A stretch of DNA of 64,000 nucleotides from Candidatus Saccharimonadota bacterium (GCA_052034955.1 JBPOHZ010000016.1:41273-105272); one strand, 5' to 3'; counted from the first letter of the stretch, positions 19,553 through 29,255 are shown. Notes: a model not told the origin generated them from the letters alone. Numbers and translations are program-made.

Positions 19553-19855
19553 CTATTCTTCTACTTTGACATCATTCCAGAACGCTATATAGTTCGAGAA
19601 ATCTTTTTTAACCTGATCAATTGCAGATGGTAAAGGCTTCGGATAACTCCAAGCATTATCTTTGCTTTCATCTCCGTCTTTGCCTACATTAAAATATTGA
19701 CATACACCCTTCCAAGGGCAAGTGTAGGGAGTCGGGCTCTCGGATAAGAATTCCATTTTTACACTACTGGGTGGAAAATACCAATTCCCTTCAATATAGA
19801 TTAAATCTTTGCGATCTGCTTCGGCAATAACTTGATCTTTCCAAATAGCTTTTAT
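19553..19855 (-). CDS. DUF427 domain protein, probable non-canonical ATA start
   Basis: The track ORF (19553..19756) starts mid-domain. The in-frame upstream extension reads IKAIWKDQVIAEADRKDLIYIEGNWYFPPSSVK, the conserved DUF427 N-terminus (homologues start MKAIW...). AAGGAG lies 6 nt upstream of ATA (19855-19853). There is no ATG/GTG/TTG in frame. Confidence 0.75.
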   Translation of the reverse strand: MKAIWKDQVIAEADRKDLIYIEGNWYFPPSSVKMEFLSESPTPYTCPWKGVCQYFNVGKDGDESKDNAWSYPKPLPSAIDQVKKDFSNYIAFWNDVKVEE

Positions 19856-19865
19856 GATTTTCTCC

Positions 19866-21242
19866 TTAATCTGTTCTTAATGCCTCGATAGGGTCCATCT
19901 TTGCTGCTTTTCGTGCTGGTAAATAACCGGCAAGCATTGCCACGACGATAAGAGTCACAATAAGTATTATTATTTGTGAGGGACGGAAAATAAGTAGATT
20001 CTGTCCTTCTCCTAAATCAAGTTTTTTTGTCACCCAAGGATTTAATGGTATGCCAACTATAATGGCAAAGACCGAGCCAAGCAATCCCCCCAAGAAGCCA
20101 ATCCACCCAGCCTCTAGCATGAACAGCCTGCGTAAATCACGCTTTCGCATTCCGAGTGCTTTCATAAGCCCAATCTCTCTTATTCTTTCGAGGACGCTTA
20201 TGTACTGGGTATTAACAATTCCAAATACTGATGCCATTACGGTAATTAATCCAAAGACCCCCACTAAACCTTGGAGAACGTTAACAATTTGAGTTATGGA
20301 TTTCTGTATCTCTTTACTACTCATAGTAAAGTATTTACGATCCTTAAGATCTGCTTGGGCATCTACAATCTTCTTATTATCCTGTCCATCCTTCACTCTT
20401 ACATAAACATAGCTGTACTTCCCGTAATTTGGGGTGTCCTTAGTTGTATAATCGTAGATTGATTTAGCGTCTTTATCTGATAGATATACTGGTAAAGTTC
20501 CAAACCCTATACTAGTTGCCGCTTTTTTTGTAACCGCTACTATAGTGTACGTTCGAGTTTCAGTTTCGGGTGTTAGAGTTCTAGGATCTACGCCCGAACG
20601 AATAGCTTCGAGCACTTTTTGACCACCGCTATCAACAAATGGCTTCTGTATAGCTATTTGAACTTCCTTTCCTAAAGCAGACGATGCATTCTTGAATCCA
20701 AGCGCTTTTACATATCCGTCTGGTATAGTTGCCTGACCCTCTTTAAGGTCGCCAGAGGCAGGAATCTTACCGATCTCTAATTCTGGTTTTTGTGCTGGAT
20801 TATAAGCCTGTGAGCTCAAAGTAAACTTCTTCTGACCTTCTGTGGTGATGTAGCGTACATTTAAGGGGTAGTTTGCCCTAACACTCTCGACATAAGGTAG
20901 TTTTTCTAAATCTTTAAGGTCCTGAGTAGTTACTTGCTTAAGCTGTAGACTTGAACCATCTCCGCCAACCGTAAAAGAAGAGACCGTTTCGTCGTATTCT
21001 TTTGGTTCGGTTATTGGAGCGCCGGTATTTGAAACTTCTTTATCACGACCAACAATTAGTTCAGCTGGGTCAAAATTACTCGCTACAAGTGTATCGGTAT
21101 AACTTCTTATGCCATTACCGGCAGCAAGTGTGAGAGTCAAGGTAAATCCTCCTACACCAATAGCTAATGAGGTTAAAATAGTCCTTAGCTTTGCACTGGT
21201 TAAACTTCGTCCACTTCTTCGGATTGTATCTTGAATACGCAT
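19866..21242 (-). CDS. ABC transporter permease, FtsX/MacB-type with large extracytoplasmic domain
   Basis: N-terminal TM, about 260-aa external domain, and a C-terminal 3-TM FtsX-like module. Start/stop overlaps the ATPase gene. Confidence 0.85.
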   Translation of the reverse strand: MRIQDTIRRSGRSLTSAKLRTILTSLAIGVGGFTLTLTLAAGNGIRSYTDTLVASNFDPAELIVGRDKEVSNTGAPITEPKEYDETVSSFTVGGDGSSLQLKQVTTQDLKDLEKLPYVESVRANYPLNVRYITTEGQKKFTLSSQAYNPAQKPELEIGKIPASGDLKEGQATIPDGYVKALGFKNASSALGKEVQIAIQKPFVDSGGQKVLEAIRSGVDPRTLTPETETRTYTIVAVTKKAATSIGFGTLPVYLSDKDAKSIYDYTTKDTPNYGKYSYVYVRVKDGQDNKKIVDAQADLKDRKYFTMSSKEIQKSITQIVNVLQGLVGVFGLITVMASVFGIVNTQYISVLERIREIGLMKALGMRKRDLRRLFMLEAGWIGFLGGLLGSVFAIIVGIPLNPWVTKKLDLGEGQNLLIFRPSQIIILIVTLIVVAMLAGYLPARKAAKMDPIEALRTD

Positions 21243-21943
21243 TATTTCTTCTTCCCAGTTTTAACAGTCTTACGCTTGATCTGTTCTATTTTGCCATCCT
21301 TAAGAATAATTTGCACCTGGCACCTTCCCGCCAACTCAGGGTCGTGAGTAACGATCACCAGCGTACTGCCGTTATCTTTATTTATCTTGAATAGCATATT
21401 AATAACCTTGTCGCCAGTTGCGCTATCAAGGTTTCCGGTTGGCTCATCGGCAAATATAAGTTTAGGCTTATTTACGATGGCTCTAGCGATAGCCAAGCGC
21501 TGTTTTTGACCACCCGACAGATTCCTGGCTTTGGTATTTACTTTCTCGCTAAGTTCGACTGCCTCCAGTGCAGCGAGCACCCTCGCCCTACGGTCACGAC
21601 GACCTACTTCGGCTATCTCCAGAGGTAACATAACGTTTTGGTAACATGTCTGACTTCCCTCAACAAAGAACGCCTGGAAGATGAAGCTCATAGACTCGGC
21701 TCTAAAATGATCAATCTGCTTGGTCTTCATTTGCTGCATAATTGTGCCGCCAATGGACACATGCCCGTCGCTCGGTGTATCCAAGCCACTCATAATATGC
21801 ATAAGGGTGGATTTGCCCGAACCACTCTTACCGATAATTGCTACGGTTGAGCCCTCTTTTATGCTCAGATTAATGTCAGATAAGGCTGTAAATGCATTAT
21901 CTTTTTTACCATAGGTCTTCGAAACGTTTTTTACCTCAATCAT
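21242..21943 (-). CDS. ABC transporter ATP-binding protein (MacB/LolD-like)
   Basis: Walker A GKSGSGKST, signature LSGGQKQR, Walker B LIFADEPT. Confidence 0.9.
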   Translation of the reverse strand: MIEVKNVSKTYGKKDNAFTALSDINLSIKEGSTVAIIGKSGSGKSTLMHIMSGLDTPSDGHVSIGGTIMQQMKTKQIDHFRAESMSFIFQAFFVEGSQTCYQNVMLPLEIAEVGRRDRRARVLAALEAVELSEKVNTKARNLSGGQKQRLAIARAIVNKPKLIFADEPTGNLDSATGDKVINMLFKINKDNGSTLVIVTHDPELAGRCQVQIILKDGKIEQIKRKTVKTGKKK

Positions 21944-21969
21944 ACTTATAGTATAACAGCAGGCTTAGT

Positions 21970-23487
21970 CTATTTTTTGAATAAATCTGGATAAATAGTT
22001 TTGGTTACTTCATCAATTTCGCTTCGAAGCTGGGGGAACGGAACACCCTCCCTAGCAGTAACACCTTCGAATGTCCAAAAAACACGTTCGCTAAAGCCCC
22101 ATCCACAAGCCGGCGGCATACCGAATTCCAGCATTTCTACATAATCGATATCGAGCATCATTGCCTCGTCGTCTCCGGCATCTCGCATACCCTGTTGCTC
22201 CACAAACCTATTTAATTGGTCTATCGGATCATTTAGTTCGCTAAAACCATTACCAAGCTCACTACCGGCAATGATTGGCTGGAAACGCTGCACTGTATTT
22301 GGGTCGTTAGGGTTTGATTTTGCTAATGGACTAATGAATAGCGGCGTATTTATAAGCCATACAGGGCCGGCGACATCTTTGCGAATATTCTTCCAGAGTT
22401 TATCAATTCCCCTAGCCTTATTCTCGGTCTGCTCAACTTCAAGTTTATTATCCTTTAAGGCCTTCTTAACTTCATCTAAGGTGCAATTATATACGTCTAT
22501 GTTGTAGCGTTTTTGAATAGTCTCGGCGTAGTCCCATTGTTCCCATTTGCCAGCAAGATCAATCTCGAAGTCGCCTAGTTTGAACTGGAGTTTGCCAAAC
22601 GCTTCCTGAATAACATATCGATACATGTCTTCCATAAAAGCCATACCTTTTTTCCAGTCCCAGTAAGCTGCATACCATTCCATAGCGATATGCTCTGGAA
22701 GATGCTCGTCGGTATAGTTTTCGTTTCTAAATCGTGGACCAAGGTCATAAACCTTCTCGTAACCACCGCCAATCAACCGTTTTAACGGCAACTCATGGCT
22801 AATTCGAAGGTAAAAGTCCTGATCAATGGCGTCCATATGTGTTACGAATGGATTTGCATCGGCTCCCCCAGTTGTATGCTCCAAAACTGGAACATTTATC
22901 TCTACAAATCCTTCTTTATTCAAGAAATCGCGTGTTGCCTGCCAGAATTTACTTCGTCTGATAAATCTATCGTAAACATCTTTGTTGACGTTCATGTCGA
23001 CGTACCTGCGGCGAAGTCTTTCTTCTTTATTAGTAAATCCATCTTGAGCCGTTGGCATTGGTCGTAAGCTCTTCGTAAGTAGTCTGAGCTTCTTAACAGT
23101 TACAGATCGTTCGCCAGTTTTAGTAGTTGCAGCAACTCCTTCTACGGCAACAAAATCTCCAGAATCCAGTAAGTTAAGATTCTCAAAGCCTAGCTCACTA
23201 TTTGAGTAGTCTGGTTTAGCCACACCGTCTTGGCTTAGGAAAAGTTGAATCGTATCCTGTACGTCTCTAATCACGACGAATGCAATGCTTCCAAATTTTC
23301 GTATATTAGTTATACGTCCGGCTATTTTAATTTCTTTTGCGGACTTTTCTAAAGATTCGTAATCTGTAAGTACTTCGGCGACAGAGATATCCCTGCCAGA
23401 TTCGGCAGGATATGAATTAACGCCAAGTTTGTTTAGTTCATCTAATTTTCTTAGACGCTCATCTCGTAATTCTTTAAGTGTAGCCAT
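21970..23487 (-). CDS. lysS: Lysyl-tRNA synthetase, class II
   Basis: N-terminal OB domain plus GPRFRNENYTDEHLPEH and GSELGNGFSELNDP. Confidence 0.95.
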   Translation of the reverse strand: MATLKELRDERLRKLDELNKLGVNSYPAESGRDISVAEVLTDYESLEKSAKEIKIAGRITNIRKFGSIAFVVIRDVQDTIQLFLSQDGVAKPDYSNSELGFENLNLLDSGDFVAVEGVAATTKTGERSVTVKKLRLLTKSLRPMPTAQDGFTNKEERLRRRYVDMNVNKDVYDRFIRRSKFWQATRDFLNKEGFVEINVPVLEHTTGGADANPFVTHMDAIDQDFYLRISHELPLKRLIGGGYEKVYDLGPRFRNENYTDEHLPEHIAMEWYAAYWDWKKGMAFMEDMYRYVIQEAFGKLQFKLGDFEIDLAGKWEQWDYAETIQKRYNIDVYNCTLDEVKKALKDNKLEVEQTENKARGIDKLWKNIRKDVAGPVWLINTPLFISPLAKSNPNDPNTVQRFQPIIAGSELGNGFSELNDPIDQLNRFVEQQGMRDAGDDEAMMLDIDYVEMLEFGMPPACGWGFSERVFWTFEGVTAREGVPFPQLRSEIDEVTKTIYPDLFKK

Positions 23488-23495
23488 TTGGGTTT

Positions 23496-23524
23496 AGTAT
23501 ACCTGACTCAAGGTGTTATAACCA
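23496..23524 (-). promoter_or_regulatory. Candidate lysS promoter (TGGTTA-17-TATACT), 8 nt upstream of ATG
   Basis: Minus strand reads TATACT-aaacccaa-ATG. The -35 is weak. Confidence 0.4.
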
Positions 23525-23526
23525 GA

Positions 23527-23988
23527 TTAGGAAATACTTACGACTTTGTAGGTAGATGTCTCTGCAGGAGTTGTAATCTCGACCGTGTCACCAACTTTTT
23601 TACCCAACAAGGCGGTACCGATTGGTGATTCATCCGAGATCTTACCATTTAGTGGATCGGCTTCGACCGTTCCCACAACCTGGAACTCTTTTGTCTTGCC
23701 ATTCTCGCCTTTTAGAACAACGCCAGAGCCAAGCTGAACCTTACTGTCACCCTTTGGTTTTTTAATTATCTCTACGTTCTGTAGGATGCTCTCTATTTCT
23801 GAGATTCTAAGCTCTGTTCGCTCTTGTTCCTGTCTAGCAGAGCTATATTCGGCATTCTCTGCTAAATCACCGAATTCACGAGCGGTTTTAATTCGCTCGG
23901 CAATAGCTCCTCGTTGAGAAACTAATTCGTCACGTTCTTGTTCTAATTCTGCTACACCATCTTTGGTCAGTAAGTACTGTTTTTTCAT
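23527..23988 (-). CDS. greA: Transcription elongation factor GreA
   Basis: Trimmed to MKKQYLLTKDG (GAGGGG RBS upstream). Coiled-coil N-terminus and C-terminal GreA/B domain. Confidence 0.9.
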   Translation of the reverse strand: MKKQYLLTKDGVAELEQERDELVSQRGAIAERIKTAREFGDLAENAEYSSARQEQERTELRISEIESILQNVEIIKKPKGDSKVQLGSGVVLKGENGKTKEFQVVGTVEADPLNGKISDESPIGTALLGKKVGDTVEITTPAETSTYKVVSIS

Positions 23989-24060
23989 ACTTTTACCCCT
24001 CTTCACTCTTCTCTAAACTTGATTGAATCTTATTTGTCGTTCTGTTTACTGCCAGGTAGT

Positions 24061-25317
24061 TTACTGTTTATCGCTAAATATTGCTAGCAAATCTTTAACA
24101 TTTAACATTTTTGTTTCATCTTCTGTTCTTTTCTTGAACTCAAACTTACTTGCGGCCACCGTCTTACCGCTTACGACAACCCTATATGGTATTCCCATAA
24201 GGTCGGCATCGCCAAACTTTTCTCCGGCTCTTGCATCTCGGTCATCATATAGTGCTTCGATGCCAATATCTGCAAGCTTGTTGTAAAGCTCATCAGCCGC
24301 TTTTACGACCTCTTCTTCATCGCCCAATCTGGCTATATATACTTTGGCTGGCGCAATATTTTCTGGCCAAACCAAGCCTTTATCATCGGCGAAGTGCTCT
24401 GCAAGAAGTCCAACTAATCTACTGACTCCAATTCCATAGCATCCCATGATAATTGACTGTTCATCACCGTTTTCGTCAACAAACTTTACCCCTAGGACAT
24501 CGGAGTAAGTACTGCCCAATGGAAAGATGTTTCCAACCTCTACGGCTTTGACTTCTTCTAAGTCTTCTTTCTTAAGTCCAAGTTCGGAAAGAGTTTCGTC
24601 ATTCATGACCTCTTTATTGATAGCAAGCTTCTTCTTGCGATCTAGATAGATCGTATCTTCGCCAACTTCACTTAATGTCTGGAACTCTCGACTAAATTTA
24701 CTAAATATGCCTCCACTGGCAAAAGTAGTATAAGTTGTTTCGCCGATGCCAAGACGTTCATACACCTTATGGTACACCTCTGTTATGACCTCATAAAATG
24801 CATCATGTTCTTCTTGATTACGCGAGAAGGAGTACAAATCTTTCATGATGAACTCCCGGCCACGCATTAAGCCACTCTTTGCTCTTAGCTCATTACGGAA
24901 CTTGGACTGAATTTGGTATGGGTAGAAAGGTAAATCTTTGTAAGATCTTACAAAATCTCGAACACTATCCACCACGGCTTCTTCGTGGGTCAATCCAACA
25001 CCCAATTCAGTGCCGTTTGCTAATTTTGTCTTGAACCAGTTGTCAACTTTTTTGTCGTCCCATCGGCCAGTTTTTTCCCAGATGTCTTTCGGCTGCAAAA
25101 CGCTCATCTGAACTTCTTGCCCGCCAACAGCATTCATTTCCTCTCGAACAATCTGTGTGATGTTATCAAGAACTCGCTTACCTAATGGCAAATAAGCATA
25201 GACTCCTGCGAGCTCTTTATGAACAAAACCAGCCTGTATTAAAAGTTGGGCGTTCTTGGCTGTCTCATCGGCCGGAGCGTTTTTTGTTGTCTTGGTAAAC
25301 AGTTGGGTCATTCTCAT
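24061..25317 (-). CDS. proS: Prolyl-tRNA synthetase, bacterial-type N-terminus but lacking the INS editing domain (418 aa)
   Basis: MRMTQLFTKTTKNAPADETAKNAQLLIQAGFV... is the bacterial-type start. The length is about 150 aa shorter than INS-containing ProRS. Confidence 0.93.
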   Translation of the reverse strand: MRMTQLFTKTTKNAPADETAKNAQLLIQAGFVHKELAGVYAYLPLGKRVLDNITQIVREEMNAVGGQEVQMSVLQPKDIWEKTGRWDDKKVDNWFKTKLANGTELGVGLTHEEAVVDSVRDFVRSYKDLPFYPYQIQSKFRNELRAKSGLMRGREFIMKDLYSFSRNQEEHDAFYEVITEVYHKVYERLGIGETTYTTFASGGIFSKFSREFQTLSEVGEDTIYLDRKKKLAINKEVMNDETLSELGLKKEDLEEVKAVEVGNIFPLGSTYSDVLGVKFVDENGDEQSIIMGCYGIGVSRLVGLLAEHFADDKGLVWPENIAPAKVYIARLGDEEEVVKAADELYNKLADIGIEALYDDRDARAGEKFGDADLMGIPYRVVVSGKTVAASKFEFKKRTEDETKMLNVKDLLAIFSDKQ

Positions 25318-25341
25318 AGTATTTTCCTCATTCCTTCTATA

Positions 25342-25758
25342 TTAACCTAGATCCTTGGTTTCGACACGCCCCATGCTAACACCCGACAAATCTAAGCCTC
25401 GGGCCCTTTTACTAGTGTAAGTCGTTCTCTTTGCTTTATTCCTAACAAGTTTAAGAGCCTGACGACCAGAGCCATGAGCAATCCGCCGTGCCACAAATTC
25501 TAGCTCATCGCCTTTGTCCATCGACCCTCTATCGAGATCTTTCAGCGCGATACTTGCCTCCGCATCAAGCTTACTTGTCCTAGAGACATAATCCCTGAGC
25601 AACCTTACTCCATTATCCTCCCTTACTGCCCTGTCGGCTAGCTGCTGTGACTTTTCGGCTATTACATCAGATTGATGCCATTCATTAGCTAGAACGTCTT
25701 GTGCAAGCTCATACCAACCTTGTTCAGCTATGAGTTCACTTCTTTCTAAATATTTCAT
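25342..25758 (-). CDS. Hypothetical protein
   Basis: Trimmed to MKYLERSELI (GGAGAA RBS upstream). No family recognised. Confidence 0.5.
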   Translation of the reverse strand: MKYLERSELIAEQGWYELAQDVLANEWHQSDVIAEKSQQLADRAVREDNGVRLLRDYVSRTSKLDAEASIALKDLDRGSMDKGDELEFVARRIAHGSGRQALKLVRNKAKRTTYTSKRARGLDLSGVSMGRVETKDLG

Positions 25759-25783
25759 TTGTTCTCCAACCAACAACAAGATT

Positions 25784-25806
25784 AAAAATACGGCCCGGAG
25801 GCCGCT
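25784..25806 (-). terminator. Rho-independent terminator about 110 nt downstream of the CPBP gene
   Basis: Minus strand reads GCGGCC-UCCG-GGCCGU followed by AUUUUUAAU. Confidence 0.65.
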
Positions 25807-25915
25807 CTTGTTGCTAGTTATTTGCTTTATTTATAGAAAATCTAGCTAAGCCTCCGGTGACTGACCGGGGCTGGCGGGGTGACTAGAACTAGCAGCGTTT
25901 CTATAACCATGAGTA

Positions 25916-26743
25916 TTACTTTACCACAAAGACGAATAAGGTCAAGAATGCTACCAGATTCTTTAGTCCATGTAGAAATATTGGTGCCCATAACTTGCCG
26001 GTCTTCTCACGAAGGTAAACTAGGATTAGAGATAATATAAAAGTATCAATAGCCGCAACCCACAAAAGCGCTGCACCAGATCCTGCCTGTAAGTGAGCAA
26101 TCGCAAACAGAACACTAGTAATCAGAGCTGCTGAAATTTTTGTAAGCCTTTGCCGAAGACCCGTATACAAGAACCCCCTCATAACAATCTCTTCCATAAT
26201 TGGCGGAAGAATAACCAGGCTAATAAAGACGATCGGAAGCTGTAGATTAGTTACATTATCGAAACCTATTTGCTGTTTCTGGTCTAGATTAATAGTTGGT
26301 ATCAGTATCTTTATAATGGTTAGTGCCGCAATATATGTAACGAAGTAACCGCCATATGCCAAGAATGCCCTTGTTACGTCACCCCATACCGGGCGGTCAC
26401 TCAGACCAATAAGCTTTGGCGGGGTATTTCTACTTTTCAAGAACCGCGCTAGTAGCCCCAGCACAAAAACCGTCGCTAATAAGGAGATGCCGAACTGGGC
26501 GTAACTATTAGATTCTATCCAATTCTGTATTCTAGGTTCATTCCACCCCATAAAAGAAGGAACACTAATGATCACTAACCCAGCGGCTATCTGGCCAGCA
26601 AAGTAGGTGAAAACCGTTACAGCCACCGACTCAAACGGCGACCAATTAAGCTTTAGCTTTGAATCATTAGGTTTTGACGAAAAAAATCGAATTAGCCCAT
26701 ACAGACCTATTATGTAGATTGGTGTTGCCCAACTTAGCCCCAT
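25916..26743 (-). CDS. CPBP family intramembrane glutamic endopeptidase (CAAX protease/Abi-like)
   Basis: MEEIVMRG (EExxxR), FAIAHL (FxxxH) and FLHGLKN (His) motifs in a polytopic membrane protein. Confidence 0.8.
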   Translation of the reverse strand: MGLSWATPIYIIGLYGLIRFFSSKPNDSKLKLNWSPFESVAVTVFTYFAGQIAAGLVIISVPSFMGWNEPRIQNWIESNSYAQFGISLLATVFVLGLLARFLKSRNTPPKLIGLSDRPVWGDVTRAFLAYGGYFVTYIAALTIIKILIPTINLDQKQQIGFDNVTNLQLPIVFISLVILPPIMEEIVMRGFLYTGLRQRLTKISAALITSVLFAIAHLQAGSGAALLWVAAIDTFILSLILVYLREKTGKLWAPIFLHGLKNLVAFLTLFVFVVK

Positions 26744-26758
26744 AAGCCCTACCTTTCT

Positions 26759-27886
26759 TTACCAGAAACGTTTTATATCTACTACTGTAATGACTATGAA
26801 AAGCAACATCAAGATTGCGAAGCCTGTGCCATGAATCTTTTCTTCTTTTTCTTGGCTAAGTGGCCTTCTTAGTACCTTGTGATACAAAAGAGTTACAAAT
26901 AATCTGCCGCCGTCCAACGCAGGAATTGGTAAGACATTCATAATTGCTAAAGTCAGCGAGATAATCGCGATTATCATCAACATGAATTGATACCCCATAA
27001 GGCTGCCGTCTTTTAGAACAACAAATATTCCAACAGGGCCTGAGACCTGGCTACTAGCCTCTTTTCCATTGCCCCGAATCGCATTCCAGAGGGCATTTCC
27101 TAGCCCTTTGAGTGTTTCGATTGTTAGTTGCTTCATCAGCCCCAAAGATACAATTGGAGCCGACCAGGTAGAGCGCTGAACAGTATATTCGGCTGGCTGT
27201 AGCCCCAGGTAACCTTTAGGGTCGTCGGTCTTTTTACTGGCATTAACTTCCTGGCTAGTTCGAAGCTGGGCATCAACAATCTTATCAATTCCATCTCTTT
27301 TAATCTCTAACTGAACTTTTTGGCCCGCAAAGCTAGTAGTAGCATCTGGCAGGTTTTCGGCTTGCTGAATCAGGGCCTTGGTAGTTCCATTACTAAGACC
27401 GATTATCTTATCTCTTGTTTTCAGCCCAGCTTTTTCAGCGGGTGATCCTGGCTCAATATATCCAACTAGTACTTCATTCCGCGTAACTTTGGTATCGCTG
27501 GCAATCGTAAACTGATTTGGGATAATCTTTGGTATTCCCACTAGGGCTAAGAATGTCAGCAACAGGAAAGCTGTTATAAGGTTCATGCCTACGCCGGCAA
27601 CCATTATCTTAACTTTCGTTTTTAGCGGCGCAGCACCAAAGCTTCCCTTGGAAGTTGCCGAGTCATGCTCGCCCTTTAGCTTTACGAAACCGCCTAATGG
27701 CAACCAGTTGATTGTAAGCAGTAGTCCACTGTGTAGCTTTTTACCCCAGGCTTTAGGTGGAAATCCAATTCCAAATTCTTCTACATCTACTCCGCCCTTG
27801 CGAGCAGCTATAAAATGACCATATTCGTGGATGACCACCAAACCTACAAATAGAATTAGTCCAAGTATAAGTAAAAACAGCGACAT
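26759..27886 (-). CDS. Site-2 (RIP) zinc metalloprotease, M50 / RseP-like
   Basis: HEYGHF (HExxH), a central PDZ-like segment, and NVLPIPALDGG. Confidence 0.88.
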   Translation of the reverse strand: MSLFLLILGLILFVGLVVIHEYGHFIAARKGGVDVEEFGIGFPPKAWGKKLHSGLLLTINWLPLGGFVKLKGEHDSATSKGSFGAAPLKTKVKIMVAGVGMNLITAFLLLTFLALVGIPKIIPNQFTIASDTKVTRNEVLVGYIEPGSPAEKAGLKTRDKIIGLSNGTTKALIQQAENLPDATTSFAGQKVQLEIKRDGIDKIVDAQLRTSQEVNASKKTDDPKGYLGLQPAEYTVQRSTWSAPIVSLGLMKQLTIETLKGLGNALWNAIRGNGKEASSQVSGPVGIFVVLKDGSLMGYQFMLMIIAIISLTLAIMNVLPIPALDGGRLFVTLLYHKVLRRPLSQEKEEKIHGTGFAILMLLFIVITVVDIKRFW

Positions 27887-28584
27887 TATTTTCCGAACCT
27901 CCGTTGACGGTGGGCGTAATCATCTAAGGCAACCTGCAGGTCATCTTCCGAGAAAGCCGGCCAATGTACATTAGCAAAGTATAACTCGCTATAAGCTGCT
28001 CGCCACAACATAAAGTTACTAATTCTTTGCTCTCCTGATGTGCGAATAATTAAATCCAAAGGGGGAACGTCTGGTTGATACAGGTTTTGTTCGATTAGCT
28101 CCGGTGTAACCTCTTTAACTTGGGGGTCATCTTTAAGAATCTGGTTTACCGCGCTAGCAATTTCTTGTTGGCCTCCATAATTAAGGCAGAACAAGATGGT
28201 TCCAGCAGTATTATCTTTGGTTCGCTCTTCGGCATTACGCATAGCTTTAATGACTTTATCTGATAGTCGAGTGTCCTCACCGATAAAACAGACTCTAATA
28301 TTCTCTTTGTCTAACTCTGCAACCTGGCTCTTTGCTAACCAAATAAATAAGTCCATTAAATAGGCCACCTCTTCTTTGCTTCGATTCCAATTTTCAGACG
28401 AGAAAACAAACGCCGTCATATACTTAACGCCGCTTTTAAAGGCTGCCTTGCTAATTACCTTAAAGTTATCAGCTCCTTTTTTATGACCTTCCATGGTCGA
28501 TATACCTTGCGACTTTGCCCACCTCCGGTTTCCATCTAGGATTATCCCAAGGTGATTTGGTACAAGTGCTGTTTTTTCAGACAT
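27886..28584 (-). CDS. uppS: Undecaprenyl-diphosphate synthase (cis-prenyltransferase)
   Basis: HLGIILDGNRRWA and IRTSGEQRISNFMLWRAAYSELYF. Confidence 0.93.
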   Translation of the reverse strand: MSEKTALVPNHLGIILDGNRRWAKSQGISTMEGHKKGADNFKVISKAAFKSGVKYMTAFVFSSENWNRSKEEVAYLMDLFIWLAKSQVAELDKENIRVCFIGEDTRLSDKVIKAMRNAEERTKDNTAGTILFCLNYGGQQEIASAVNQILKDDPQVKEVTPELIEQNLYQPDVPPLDLIIRTSGEQRISNFMLWRAAYSELYFANVHWPAFSEDDLQVALDDYAHRQRRFGK

Positions 28585-28612
28585 AAAATCTATTATAGCG
28601 TAGTCAAGTGAC

Positions 28613-29176
28613 CTAAACGGTCATTATCTCTTGTTCTTTAACTTTTGAAGCATGCTCGGCCTCAGCTCTTGCTTTATTCATAAGTTCTTCAACTTGCGCA
28701 GCATACCTCTTGGCGTCGTCTTCACTAATATCTTTATCTTTTTTAGCTTGATCAAACTGATCTAGAGCATCATGTCTGACCCCACGCATTCGGACCATAC
28801 AATCTTCTAGCTTAGTGCCCACTTGCTTGCTAATTTCTCTTCGTCTTTCTTCTGTAAGCGCCGGGATTGGCACACGCACTACTCGTCCATCATCAGAGGG
28901 GTTAAGCCCAAGGTTCTGATTGTCGCGAATGGCAGTATTGATAGCCTGTAGATTACTTGGATCAAACGGTGTTATTTGTATTAGCTGAGCCTCTGGTGCA
29001 GTAACATTTGCTACCTGGTTAAGTGGTGTGGGTACGCCATATGCCTCGACCATGACACCATCCAACATTGCCGAACTGGCTCGTCCAGTTCTTAGTTTCT
29101 TAAGCTCTTCTTCAAAATGTTTAACGCTATCGGTAAATTTAGTTTTAGTTTGATTTACAATTTCTTGTGGACTCAT
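28613..29176 (-). CDS. frr: Ribosome recycling factor
   Basis: 187 aa; DGRVVRVPIPALTEERRREISKQV is typical RRF. Confidence 0.95.
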   Translation of the reverse strand: MSPQEIVNQTKTKFTDSVKHFEEELKKLRTGRASSAMLDGVMVEAYGVPTPLNQVANVTAPEAQLIQITPFDPSNLQAINTAIRDNQNLGLNPSDDGRVVRVPIPALTEERRREISKQVGTKLEDCMVRMRGVRHDALDQFDQAKKDKDISEDDAKRYAAQVEELMNKARAEAEHASKVKEQEIMTV

Positions 29177-29255
29177 TTATGCTCCTGTTTGTAATAACTA
29201 TTTTAACAGAGTTAACCGGCAATGTGACCAAGAAACTGGATATGAATCATCTAAG

